Of a stretch of DNA of 64,000 nucleotides, positions 12,560 to 24,834 are shown piece by piece. The notes below the pieces were generated by a model. It was given only the letters and a program-made list of their open reading frames with translations. It had not been told where the DNA came from and did not search any database. Every line of letters starts with the position of its first letter. Within the stretch, counting starts at the first letter, position 1. The stretch is from positions 71,176,001-71,240,000 of the forward strand of contig OZ024744.1 in NCBI GenBank assembly GCA_964016885.1. The letters run 5' to 3'. The translations under genes and the position numbers were made by a program. Source of the DNA: Eledone cirrhosa. Taxonomy: Eukaryota.

Positions 12560-14360
12560 CCATGCTGTAAAATGGAGGATAAGAGAGGGCCCTTGAGTCT
12601 AGTAAGACACAAATAAAAGCACCCAGTCCATGCTGTAAAGTGGCGCTGGTGTTAGGAAGGGCATCCAAACAGTGTATCAATGCCAAAACGCTTATCAGCA
12701 CAGCAACAAATAGGAACAACAACAAAATATGAAGACGTCGCATCTCAGAGTTGAAACACTTAATGTTGGCACTCTCAGAGGTAGATCTTCTGAAATAGCG
12801 GAGATGCTGGAGAGAAGGCAGGTGGATGTGTGCTGCGTGCAAGAGGTGAGATGGAGAGGTGCCTCTGCGAGACTAGTCGTAGGCAAACGTCTTAGCTATA
12901 AGCTATTCTGGGTAGGTAAGGATGATGGGTTAGGGGGAGTAGGCATTTTCCTGGCTGAGAAATGGATCAATAAGACAATAGAGGTAGTTCGAGTTAGTAA
13001 TCGAATAATTAAGCTTAGATTAGTTGTAGGTAGGAGACTACTGACAATCATCTCGGCCTATCCTCCCCAAGCAGGCCTAGGCAAAGATGAGAAAGACTGC
13101 TTTTATGAGCAACTTTTGCAAACAACCGCAATGACAGAGGACGGAGACATCGTTATGCTAGCAGGAGACTTCAATGGTCATGTTGGACAGCTCCAAGATG
13201 GTTATACTGGGGTACATGGTGGGCACGGTTACAGTTCAAGAAATGAAGGAGTGAGACTTCTTGAATTTTGTGATGCAGGTACATTGACTATATGCAACAC
13301 AAACTTCCAGAAACCTGCCAATCACCTAATAACCTACAAATCTGGTGAGCACATAAGCCAGATTTACTTCTTACTAGTTAGGCAGCGGGACAGGCAGATA
13401 GTGTCTAATACCAAGGCATACTCTGGGGAAGAATGTACCCCACAGCATAGGTTAGTTGTTAGTGATATCTCAGTAAGCAAGAGATGGAATGCGACATAGA
13501 GGAAAATGTGGAGAAGAAAGGTCTGGAAGCTAAAAGACCTTTCACTAAAATACAAATTTAGGAAAGCCCTTCAAGATGTATATGACGAAAAAGAAGACGA
13601 TTTAGAGACGTATGACATAGATAATAACTGGAATTTCTTACATGACAACTTGCTGCAGGCTACTGATGAAACTTGTGGCTGGAGCGGAGCTCCAACCAGA
13701 CAGAGAGTGACCTGGTGGTGGAACAGCACAGTAGATAAGGCTATTAGAGACGAAAGACTAGCATGGAAGGCTTGGAAAAAGCGTGGGAGTAGGGAAGAAT
13801 ATGCAGCCACTAAGAGAGAAGCTAGACTTCAGGTGTACTTAGCACGCAGGGAGGCAGAGAGTAGGAGGTTTGCCAATGTTCTGCGACGGGAAGATCAGAG
13901 GCGTGCGGTTTTCCACATTGCAAGGCAGTGTGTCAATGCAAATCAGGATGTTGTTGGAGATAAATGTGTCCAGGATGATGCCGGTGTACTTAGTGTCACG
14001 AATGATCAGAAAAAGGAGGCCTGGAAATGTCATTATGAGAGACTGATGAATGTGGAGAACAAATGGGAGAGAGAGAAATTACCCTCAGTAGATCCAACAG
14101 AGGGACCAGCTATTGAGATTGACGAATATAGGGTCCAAGAGGCGATTAGGGAAATGAAAAATGGTAAGGCTGCCTGACCATCGGTAATAGTTGCTGAGAT
14201 ACTGAAGGCATCAGGGGACGTAGGCACTAAACTGGTTGCACGCATCATCAATCAGGCTATATATGGCGGTGTCATACCCAAAGACTGGTGCAGCAGTATT
14301 CTCATAAATTGCTACAAAGGTAAAGGGGATGCTCTGGAGAGGAGCAATTATAGGCGTATA
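12560..14360 (+). mobile_element. RTE family A 5' half (APE endonuclease + linker), defective
   Basis: ORF 12729-13499 [22 protein letters not shown]; breaks into a TA tract at the start of RT. Confidence 0.93.
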
Positions 14361-14383
14361 AATATATACATATATATATATAC

Positions 14384-14418
<35 letters not shown>

Positions 14419-14439
14419 CATATATACATATATATATAC

Positions 14440-14470
<31 letters not shown>

Positions 14471-14737
14471 CATATATATATATACATATATATATATACA
14501 TATATATATATATACATATATATATACATATATATATATACATATATATATATACATATATATATATACATATATATACATATATATATACATATATATA
14601 TATACATATATATATACATATATATATACATATATATATACATATATATATATACATATATATACATATACATATATATATATACATATATATACATATA
14701 TATATATATACATACATATACATATATATATACATAT

Positions 14738-16230
14738 ATTTCCTAGATATAATGATAATCAAAAACGACACCACCATTACCACGGATATATATTATAAAC
14801 ACACAGACACCCATCAATATCTGAATTTTAAGTCGTGCCATCCACCTCATACAAAACGCAACATCCCATACTGCCTAGCCAGAAGAATTTGTACCATTGT
14901 AGAAGATACGAATACCAGGTACAAACGCCTAACAGAACTAAGAGAATTTTTGCTCAAACAAAAATACCCATCTCTACTTATAGAAAATGGCATACAGCGG
15001 GCTATAAAAATACCTATACAACAACTTAGAACAACCCAAGGAAGAAGAAACCAAGAACTGGTCATACCATTTATAATGACACAACCCATGTCACCAGAAT
15101 ATCTTCAACACTGCCAAAGCAAACCTACCGATCATTGCTCAAAGTAATGAATTAAAAGGCTTAATCACAGATCGATCTTTGACTCTTAGTAAAAGACAGC
15201 CAAAAAATTTGAAGCAATTGCTAACAAAAGCAAAGTTTGACCTTAACAACAAAGACCAATCATTCACTGTATCTAAATGCAATGATAATCGATGCGGCAC
15301 ATGTCAATCCATACACGCCGGTCAATATATGAAAACAAAAACTGGAAAAATATTCCCAAATGCAAATATGAACTGCAAAAGCAGAAATCTAATTTACTGC
15401 ATTAAATGCCCGAATTGTGAAGAACTATATGTCGGTCAAACTGGAAATGCACTATCGGAACGTGCACGGGTACACCGTCAACAAATCAGAGACCCAAATG
15501 TCCGTCAGATACCCCTAAGCGGCCACCTGGCAACATGTGGTCAGGGAATATTTATAATATTCCCATTCTACAAATTACACAGCCCAAGTGAAATCAAGAG
15601 AAAAATCAAAGAAAAGAATTTTATTGATAAATTCAAACCCAAGCTAAATGAACAATAATAACGCCTAGGGGTATTACTTCTACTACCACTATGACCACGA
15701 CCACTAACAACAACAACAACAACAACAATAATAATAATAATAAAAGTGATGTTGATGGTGATGATTAATAGAAAATGCTATTTTCATCATTTCAAAAAGC
15801 AAAACAATTGATACGTTGGATCTGACTATTGGTCGTTAGCATGCTCAACCAGCCGTGACGCTTAAACCAATCAGCTGTAGTAATTCAGTGAAACTACATA
15901 CTGATTGGTCGAAATACAGTTTACAGGGCTTTGCATTCTGGAGCCACTTTTCTCTGTATAAAATGTATAAAAGGTAGGAAATTTACCCATCTCATTACAG
16001 TTGAAAATTGCAAACTCGACTGTCACCACATATCATGAACCTGAAGATTGCGAAAGCATGAAAGTACTTGTTCAATTAACACTTAGAATTTAATATTCTA
16101 TACCATTATATATATTTTAAAGGATTGTAAATAAAACGAGTAAATCAGACAAAGTTGGAATTCCTCTTATTAATATAATCTTCTATACACAATCATACAC
16201 ACCCGTGTATATTTACCTATCTATATCTCT
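14738..16230 (+). mobile_element. Penelope-like element, 5'-truncated (RT C-terminus + GIY-YIG endonuclease + pLTR)
   Basis: [20 protein letters not shown]; NLIYCIKCPNCEELYVGQTG..SERARVH; downstream HHR. Confidence 0.92.
16036..16074 (+). ncRNA. Minimal type I hammerhead ribozyme
   Basis: tgaac CTGAAGA t tgc-gaaa-gca t GAAA gtac TT gttca. Confidence 0.75.
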
Positions 16231-16296
16231 CTATATATATACATATATATATACATATATATATACATATATATATATATATACATATATATATAC

Positions 16297-16343
<47 letters not shown>

Positions 16344-16398
16344 CATATATATATACATATATATATACATATATATATATATACATATATATATATAC

Positions 16399-16433
<35 letters not shown>

Positions 16434-16446
16434 CATATATATATAC

Positions 16447-16477
<31 letters not shown>

Positions 16478-16626
16478 CATATATATACATATACATATAT
16501 ATATATATACATATATATACATATACATATATATATATATACATATATATATACATATATATATACATATACATATATATACATATACATATATATACAT
16601 ATATATATATATATACATATATATAC

Positions 16627-16659
<33 letters not shown>

Positions 16660-16670
16660 CATATATATAC

Positions 16671-16719
<49 letters not shown>

Positions 16720-16728
16720 CATATATAC

Positions 16729-16767
<39 letters not shown>

Positions 16768-16809
16768 TATATACATATATACATATACATATATATATAT
16801 ACATATAAA

Positions 16810-19800
16810 TTTCGAGGACCGTATTTAAACTCTTAACCTCTGCTCCCTCCTATCTCCTCCCTCATGCTGGTTCGCGGCCAACCGCCCCCCCCCCCCCCCC
16901 CCCCGCCCCCCTCTCTCTCTCTCTAGATAAACCCTACAAGTACAAAAAATCACATCCGCCAAATTCCTATTCCGGGCTGGCTGCTTTCATGGTATAATGT
17001 AACGTACAAATATTTCTCCATTCTCCTCTCCATTTTAATTCCTTAGTCCATCGTCATTCTCTATCATTTTTTTCCCCGACTCCAATCTTTGCCTTTCTAC
17101 TCGATACTCTGTCGTATTTTCCAAAACAAATCTTGTATTTTTGTTAATGCTTGTTAAATTATGCCCAAAATACGGGGATCTTATTTAAACCTTACCTTCT
17201 CGCTAACAACCCAACATACCTCCCGCCCGCCCCCACGCACCACCATTATTACGTGGACCAATCATAAGTCAGAGGCCTATACTATCGCTTACCTGGTTGC
17301 CTTTCGATATGATGGATGGACTACGGAATTCTGGAGAGTTAAAGAGAGAAAAATCTGGACACTCAGAGACAATGCCAAAGATAAAGACAAATTCACCTCG
17401 TGGACGAGAATGCAAGCTCCTCTTTGTTTCGGCCGCGGGTGGCTAAAATACCCCCCCCCCCCCCCTGCGCGCCCCACCGCTCCCACCCTCCAAACGCAAT
17501 CCAAAACTTCAGAGTTGGTACCATGAATGTAGGCACCTTAAAGGGTCGCTCTAACGAGGTTGTAGAAATGCTTGAACGTAAGGAGGTCGATGTTTGTTGT
17601 ATTCAAGAGACCAGGTGGAGGGGTGGGTCTGCTAGATTCATCTTGGGTAAAGAACGATGCTATAAGCTTTTCTGGGGTGGGAAATGACAATGGGCTGGGT
17701 GGAGTAGGAATCATGGTAGCAGAAAAGTGGGCAGATAAGATAATAGACTTAAATAGAATGAACGACAGAATAATTAAAATAAGACTTGTCCTCAATAGAA
17801 CTACGGTGACAGTAATATCTGCGTACACACCCCAATCCGGACTGCCCGGCACTATAAAAGACAGATTCTATGAGACACTGATGCTCACTACCTCCCAAAT
17901 AACCGACAGTGACTATATAATTATTGCTGGCGACCTAAATGGTCACGTTGGACAACATTGTGACGGCTATGACGGAATCCATGGAGGCTATGGGTTTGGT
18001 ACTAGAAATGAGGAAGGCTCCAGAATCCTGGAATTCTGTGACGCAAATAACCTAACTATCTGTAACACTAACTTCAAAAAACGTGACAATCATCTGATCA
18101 CCTATAGATCGGGGGAACACACAAGCCAGGTAGATTATATCCTTACCAGAAGACGTGACAGAGTGTCTGTTGTAAACACTAAATCCCTCCCCCACGAAGA
18201 ATGCACCTCCCAACATAGCCTGATAATTAGCGACCTAATAGTCAGGACGAGACGTACTCGACAACAGAGGAGGACTATCCGCAGGAGAAAAATATGGAAG
18301 TTAAAGGACCCCACAGCCAGAAATAAATTTAAAAGCATATTACTTGATGCTTTCGACAGTAAGGAAGAGCAATTAGAGTCGTACAACAGTGGGAATTCCT
18401 GAAAGCAAACCTGCTGATGGCGGCAGACGAAGTCTGTGGATGGAGCAGGCCTGTAGGCAGGAGGAGAGTAACATGGTGGTGGAACAGTAAGGTGGAGGAG
18501 TCAATTAAGGCCAAAAAGCAGGCTTGGAAAGTATGGCGGGATGGGGGAAGTAGAGAAGACTATCAAGTGGCCAGGGGGGAAGCTAGGAGACAAGTGTACT
18601 TCGCAAGAAGGGAAGCAGAGGAAAGAAAGTTCAAGCATGTTCTACAACGCGAGGACCAAAAACGTGAGGTGTTCAGGATTGCTAGGCAATGTGTCAAGGA
18701 AAACTGTGATATTGTCGGGGAGAAGTGTGTACTTAATGATGATGGCGTACTTGCCATCACTGACGCTGATAAGAGGGTAGCTTGGAAGTGTCACTACGAA
18801 AGGCTACTAAATGAGGAGAATAAATGGGAGAAAGACAGTTTCCCCCACATCGACCCAATAGAGGGACCAGCAGTGTTAGTCGAAAGTAGTATAATAAGTA
18901 AGGCAATCAAAGATATGAAGACGGGTAAGGCGGCTGGGCCTTCGGAAATAGTTGCTGAGATGTTGAAAGCCTCTGGAACGGTGGGACACACCATGGTGAC
19001 CCGGATAGTAAACCAAGTCATACAGAATGGGGTTGTTCCGAAGGACTGGCGTAGCAGCATCATCATTAACTGTTACAAGGGTAAAGGAGATGCCCTAGAT
19101 AGGAGTAACTATAGAGGCATTAAATTAATCGACCAGGTCATGAAGGTCACGGAAAAAGTAATAGCGCAACTAATCAGAGAGAGAATTGATCTAGATGAAA
19201 TGCAGTTCGGGTTTGTGTCAGGCAAAAGTACCACAGACGCTCTTTTCATTGTACGACAACTACAGGAGAAGTACCTAGCTAAAAGTAAACCCCTATACTT
19301 AGATTTTGTCGACTTGGAGAAAGCCTTCGACAGAGTCCCCCGTTCCATTATCTGGTGGGCTCTTAGAAAACTAGGTGTTGACGAATGGCTTGTGAGAGCT
19401 ATACAAGCCATGTATAAAGAAACAGTCAGCAAGGTCAGAATTAACAACGAATATAGTGAAGAGTTTAGCGTAAAAGTTGGTGTTCATCAGGGCTCTGTTC
19501 TTAGCCCCCTACTATTTATTATTGCCCTTCAGGCTATAACAGTGGAGTTCAAGACCGGCTGCCCATGGGAACTCCTATACGCAGACGATCTAACGCTCAT
19601 AGCTGAATCAATGGCCGAGCTAGAGAAGAAATTCCAAACATGGAAGCACGGCCTAGAATCAAAAGGCCTTAAAATTAAGCTGGCTAAGACTAAAGTTCTA
19701 GTTTGTAGGAAAGAAAATAAGGCGCCGGTCCCTTCCGGGAAATGGCCATGCTCAGTGTGTAGGAAAGGCGTACGTAGAAACTCCATTTTATGTCCCAAAT

Positions 19801-21026
19801 GCCAATTATGGGTGCATAAAAGATGTAATAGGATCACAGGTAAGCTAACTAAGAACATAGATTTTACATGTGGCCGGTGCTCTGGTGCAATAAGTAGCAG
19901 CAAGTGCCCACAAAATACTAGCTCTTTCAATTGCGCAGAGGGTTCTATAGAAATAGTGGACAGCTTCCGTTACCTGGGTGACAAAATCAGCAGTGGGGGA
20001 GGGTGCTCTGAAAGTACAGTAGCTAGAGTCAGAACTGGATGGAAAAAGTTCAGAGAGCTTACACCACTATTAGCCGCTAAAGGGTTCTCCCTAAAAATGA
20101 AAGGCAGGTTTATGATGCCTGCATACGAACAGCAATGTTGCATGGCAGTGAGACCTGGGCATTGTGTGCAGAAGATACACGCAGACTAGAGAGGAACGAA
20201 GCTTGCATGCTCCGCTGGATGTGTAATAGTAATATACGTGAACGGCAAAGCATAAACGAACTAAGGGAAAAATTAGAAATAAGTGGGATCAGATGTTGTT
20301 TACTCGAGAGAAGGCTACGTTGGTATGGACACGTGATGCGCATGAAAGACGACAGCTGTATAAAAAAGTGCAGGGCAATAAAGATAGACGGTAGCCACGG
20401 AGTAGGCAGACCCAGAAAAACCTGGGACGACCTGATAAACTCCGACCTCACACACTTACACCTCACCAAGACAATGTCACTGGACCGAGACCTTTGGCGG
20501 TACTCAGTAATAGAGAAGACCCGCCTTACCTAAATACAAAGTAAAACCTACTACAGCCAGTAGGCATCTCTAACAAAATACACCCCCGTCCCACCACCCA
20601 CACCCCATCCACACCACCCCCTCCTATGTAAAGTTATGTTGGTGCCACAACATCCAGGCCAAAACAAATGAGGTCGTGTAGGTGTCACGACAAAAAAACA
20701 CACAGTCCACGCTGTAAATGTGGCCGTGTAGGCAACACGGTAAAAACCTCCCAGCCCCACACTGTAAATGTGGTTGGTGTTAGGAAGGGCATCCAACTGT
20801 AGAAAACCCGCCAGACAGTCCACGCTGTAATGTGGCCGTGTAGGCAACACGGTAAAAACCTCCCAGCCCCACACTGTAAATGTGGTTGGTGTTAGGAAGG
20901 GCATCCAACTGTAGAAAACCCGCCAGACAGTCCTATGCGAGCAAGACATCCACTTTTGCCTCAAGTGGGAAAACTCCCGTCCAAACCCATGCAAGCGTGG
21001 AACACGGACGTTAAACGATGATGATG

Positions 21027-21028
<2 letters not shown>
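16810..21028 (+). mobile_element. Near full-length RTE LINE family B (APE-RT with PHD insert), about three frameshifts
   Basis: ORF pieces ~17500-17687, 17572-18402, 18417-20189 and 20135-20533; LYADDL; ~490 bp 3' UTR; (TGA)n tail; 5' boundary uncertain. Confidence 0.95.
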
Positions 21029-21097
<69 letters not shown>

Positions 21098-21124
21098 CAT
21101 ATATACATATATAAATATATTTTT

Positions 21125-21343
21125 GACAGTCAATCGACTTTCGTCAAATCGGACGGAGGAAACAATGTTTCCATTGGTCTTTCCAATTGCTAATACTATC
21201 TATCGGTCGCAACTCCAGGTAGGAGCAACGTGAAATAAAGTGTCTTGCCCAAGGACATAACGCATCGCCCCGTCCGGGAATCGAACTCACAACCTCACGA
21301 TTGTGAATCCAGTTCTCTAACCGCTCAGCCACGCGCCTCCACA
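21125..21343 (-). mobile_element. tRNA-derived SINE
   Basis: A box tggctgagcgg and B box gttcgattc on the minus strand; relative at ~51530-51690. Confidence 0.85.
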
Positions 21344-21535
<192 letters not shown>

Positions 21536-21541
21536 CATATA

Positions 21542-22940
21542 CAGTGCCCCGCAAAAGTTTACAACACATTAGGAAAAATGCGGTTTTAGGTATTTTTAAT
21601 AAAGTTAGGGTAATGAAAATTTAACTACTGATAGAACATATAATGAGGCATTTAATGATACAATCATATTTTTTAAAAAATAATAAGGAAATAACTAATG
21701 ATGAAAAATCAATATTTTTATAACGCAAAACTTTACAACACATTTTATATTTATCCCTTTTTTTCAAGAAAATTCTTAAATTTTCAGATTTAAAATTCAG
21801 TAGAATGTTCTAGATTAGGTTTAAGGTAACTTCTAAGGTCTATTAAAAACATTACGTCTTTATTTGTCTGACAACCATCCTGTGAACATTGACAACCATC
21901 CTGTAAACATTGACAATATGGGGAAAAATAAACTGATTGATCAAGACCTCCGTAAAAGCATTGTAGACCTTCATACAAATGGTGTTGGTTATAGAAAGAT
22001 ATCTTGTCAGTTAAATGTGCCATTGAGTTCAGTTGGTACTATAATTCGTCACTGGAAATCTCATCATTCCATCTGTCCTCTAATTAGTTCTGGTCATCCT
22101 AGAAAGATAACGGAACGTGCAGCTCGATTATTGACGAGAAAGGTTGGCAACGAACCCCGGTGTACTCTTAAAAATCTTCAGGATGACCTAGAAGAAAGTG
22201 GAGTAAAAGTGAGCACAGATACAATTAGTCGTTCACTTCGTCGATATAATATCTTCTCGAGGTCTCCAAGGAAAACACCACTTCTTACGAGGAAACACGT
22301 TCTTCGTCGATTAAACTTTGCAAATGATCTCATCAAACCTGCGTCATTTTGGGAAGACGTACTTTAGTCGGACGAAACAAAAATTCAACTTTTTGGTCGA
22401 AATGCTGTGGCAAAAGTCTGGAGAAAGTAAAGTACTGAATATTCGCCGAAGAATACTATTCCAACTGTAAAATTTGGAGGTGGATCAATCATGGTCTGGG
22501 GTTGCTTTAGTGCCACAGGTGTAGGAAATATTGAAATAATAGAAGGAAGAATGGATGGCGCTTATTATAGAGGTATTTTGAAAAGGAATTTACATCAAAG
22601 TGCACATTCTCTCAGCTTAAAGCCAGGTTGGTTTTTTCAACAAGATAACGATCCAAAGCATACTGCAAAGCTAACACAATCTTGGTTAAGTACGAATGGA
22701 ACAAATGTTCTAAAATGGCCAAGTCAGTCTCCAGATCTTAACCCGATCGAAAATTTGTGGAGAGAACTGAAACTCAGAATTCAAAAAAGGAAACCCCAAA
22801 ATATCCCTGAACTAAAGAAAATTTGTTGTGAAGAATAGAAAAATATTAGACAAGAAACATGCAAGAAGTTTGTAGAAGGCTACTCCAAACGCCTACAGGC
22901 TATAATTAGCAACAAAGGTTACGTTACGAAATATTAAGAG
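21542..22940 (+). mobile_element. Tc1-family DNA transposon, pseudogenised DDE transposase, right TIR missing
   Basis: TA|CAGTG start; inner repeat cgcaaaa.tttacaacac at ~21550 and ~21724; [23 protein letters not shown]; in-frame stops at 22365, 22428 and 22836. Confidence 0.93.
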
Positions 22941-22956
22941 ATGATTTATATATATG

Positions 22957-23010
<54 letters not shown>

Positions 23011-23027
23011 CACATATATATATATAC

Positions 23028-23106
<79 letters not shown>

Positions 23107-23183
23107 CATATATATACATATACATATATATACATATACATATATATACATATACATATATATACATATATACATATATATAC

Positions 23184-23217
<34 letters not shown>

Positions 23218-23439
23218 TTCGTTTCTGAATTTGTTTAGCAAGATTCTTTATCTGAAATCGTGTGTTGAAACCGATATTGTTATACTTTGGGAGGGTCATG
23301 TTGCCAATAAGAAACACACGCACCAGTTGCTTTCACTTCAATTTATTATATATTTATAAATTTATAAATTTACAAATCTACAAACTTATAAATTTCTGGT
23401 TGGTTGGTTGGTTCCACAACCAGATAGTTGTTTATATAT

Positions 23440-23484
23440 AGTCATAGTCCTTTCGTCACACACTCTGTGACCTCTTCAGTGACT
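23440..23484 (-). ncRNA. Minimal type I hammerhead ribozyme
   Basis: Same motif as 6497-6541. Confidence 0.85.
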
Positions 23485-24583
23485 GGGGATTCCTTTCTTT
23501 GTTTCTGTGCCTTTCCTTTCTTCTATCCTACGCCATTTTGTTTCTGTGTGTGTGTTGTGTGCTCAGTTTGCGCATGCGCCACATCCGGGTGTCTGTGTGT
23601 GTTTGTGTTCATTTATCTATTTGTTTATTTATTTATTGTTGGTTGGTTGTTTGTTCTATGTGTGTGTGTGTTTTCATTTTGTCCTTAATTGTAAGTTGTG
23701 ATGTTGCTGTTCCACTCATATTTTCTATTTAATTTTGGTTGTAATTCTTTTATGCTTACTGCCTCTGTAATTTGCCTAAACATTGCATCTTTTCTGTGTG
23801 TGGATTCTATTTTTATTTCTATGTTCTCTAATCTACCCCTGTGCTCTATCTTAGCATGTTGGTAGAGCACAGATGATTCTTTATTATCTTGAAGGTCTCG
23901 CCAGTGTTCATTTATCCGTTTCCCTACACTACGAGCTGTCTCACCTATGTACACTATATTTTTGTTTCTACATTGTCCTTCAGTACATCTTATGCTATAC
24001 ACTACATTTCTAGTTTTACAGTTAATATGGGGGCTTATTTTACAGGTTATACATTTCTTATCTATACATGAGGGTCTTTGGAACGGGTATGTCTTGCTAA
24101 TAAGTGTTTTTACGGAGGTACTTGGTCTTTCTACTATCTTTATATTGAGTTTATGTTTATTTAGGGCCCTTCTAAATTTGTAGGCTAGTTCGCCTCTAGT
24201 TCGCATCTACCAACATGCTAAGATAGAGCACAGGGGTAGGTTAGAGAACATAGAAATAAAAATAGAATCCACACACAGAAAAGATGCAATGTTTAGGCAA
24301 ATTACAGAGGCAGTAAGCATAAAAGAATTACAACCAAAATTAAATAGAAAATATGAGTGGAACAGCAACATCACAACTTACAATTAAGGACAAAATGAAA
24401 ACACACACACACAGAACAACCAACCAACAATAAATAAATAAACAAATAGATAAATGAACACAAACACACACAGACACCCGGATGTGGCGCATGCGCAAAC
24501 TGAGCACACAACACACACACACAGAAACAAAATGGCGTAGGATAGAAGAAAGGAAAGGCACAGAAACAAAGAAAGGAATCCCC

Positions 24584-24628
24584 AGTCACTGAAGAGGTCA
24601 CAGAGTGTGTGACGAAAGGACTATGACT
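24584..24628 (+). ncRNA. Minimal type I hammerhead ribozyme
   Basis: agtca CTGAAGA g gtcaca..tgtgac GAAA ggac TA tgact. Confidence 0.85.
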
Positions 24629-24834
24629 ATATATAAACAACTATCTGGTTGTGGAACCAACCAACCAACCAGAAATTTATAAGTTTGTAGATTTGTAAAT
24701 TTATAAATTTATAAATATATAATAAATTGAAGTGAAAGCAACTGGTGCGTGTGTTTCTTATTGGCAACATGACCCTCCCAAAGTATAACAATATATATAT
24801 ATACATATACATATATATATATATACATATATAA

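Larger units (their letters stand above)
23218..24792. mobile_element. Penelope-like element with inverted (head-to-head) duplication
   Basis: Minus ORF 23685-24206 NVVYSIRC..VYIGETAR..RINEH (GIY-YIG); 24206-24792 is the reverse complement of ~23275-23866. Confidence 0.92.

Noticed and set aside
21270-21340. tRNA gene
   Set aside because: A/B boxes continue into a SINE body and no proper acceptor stem is evident.
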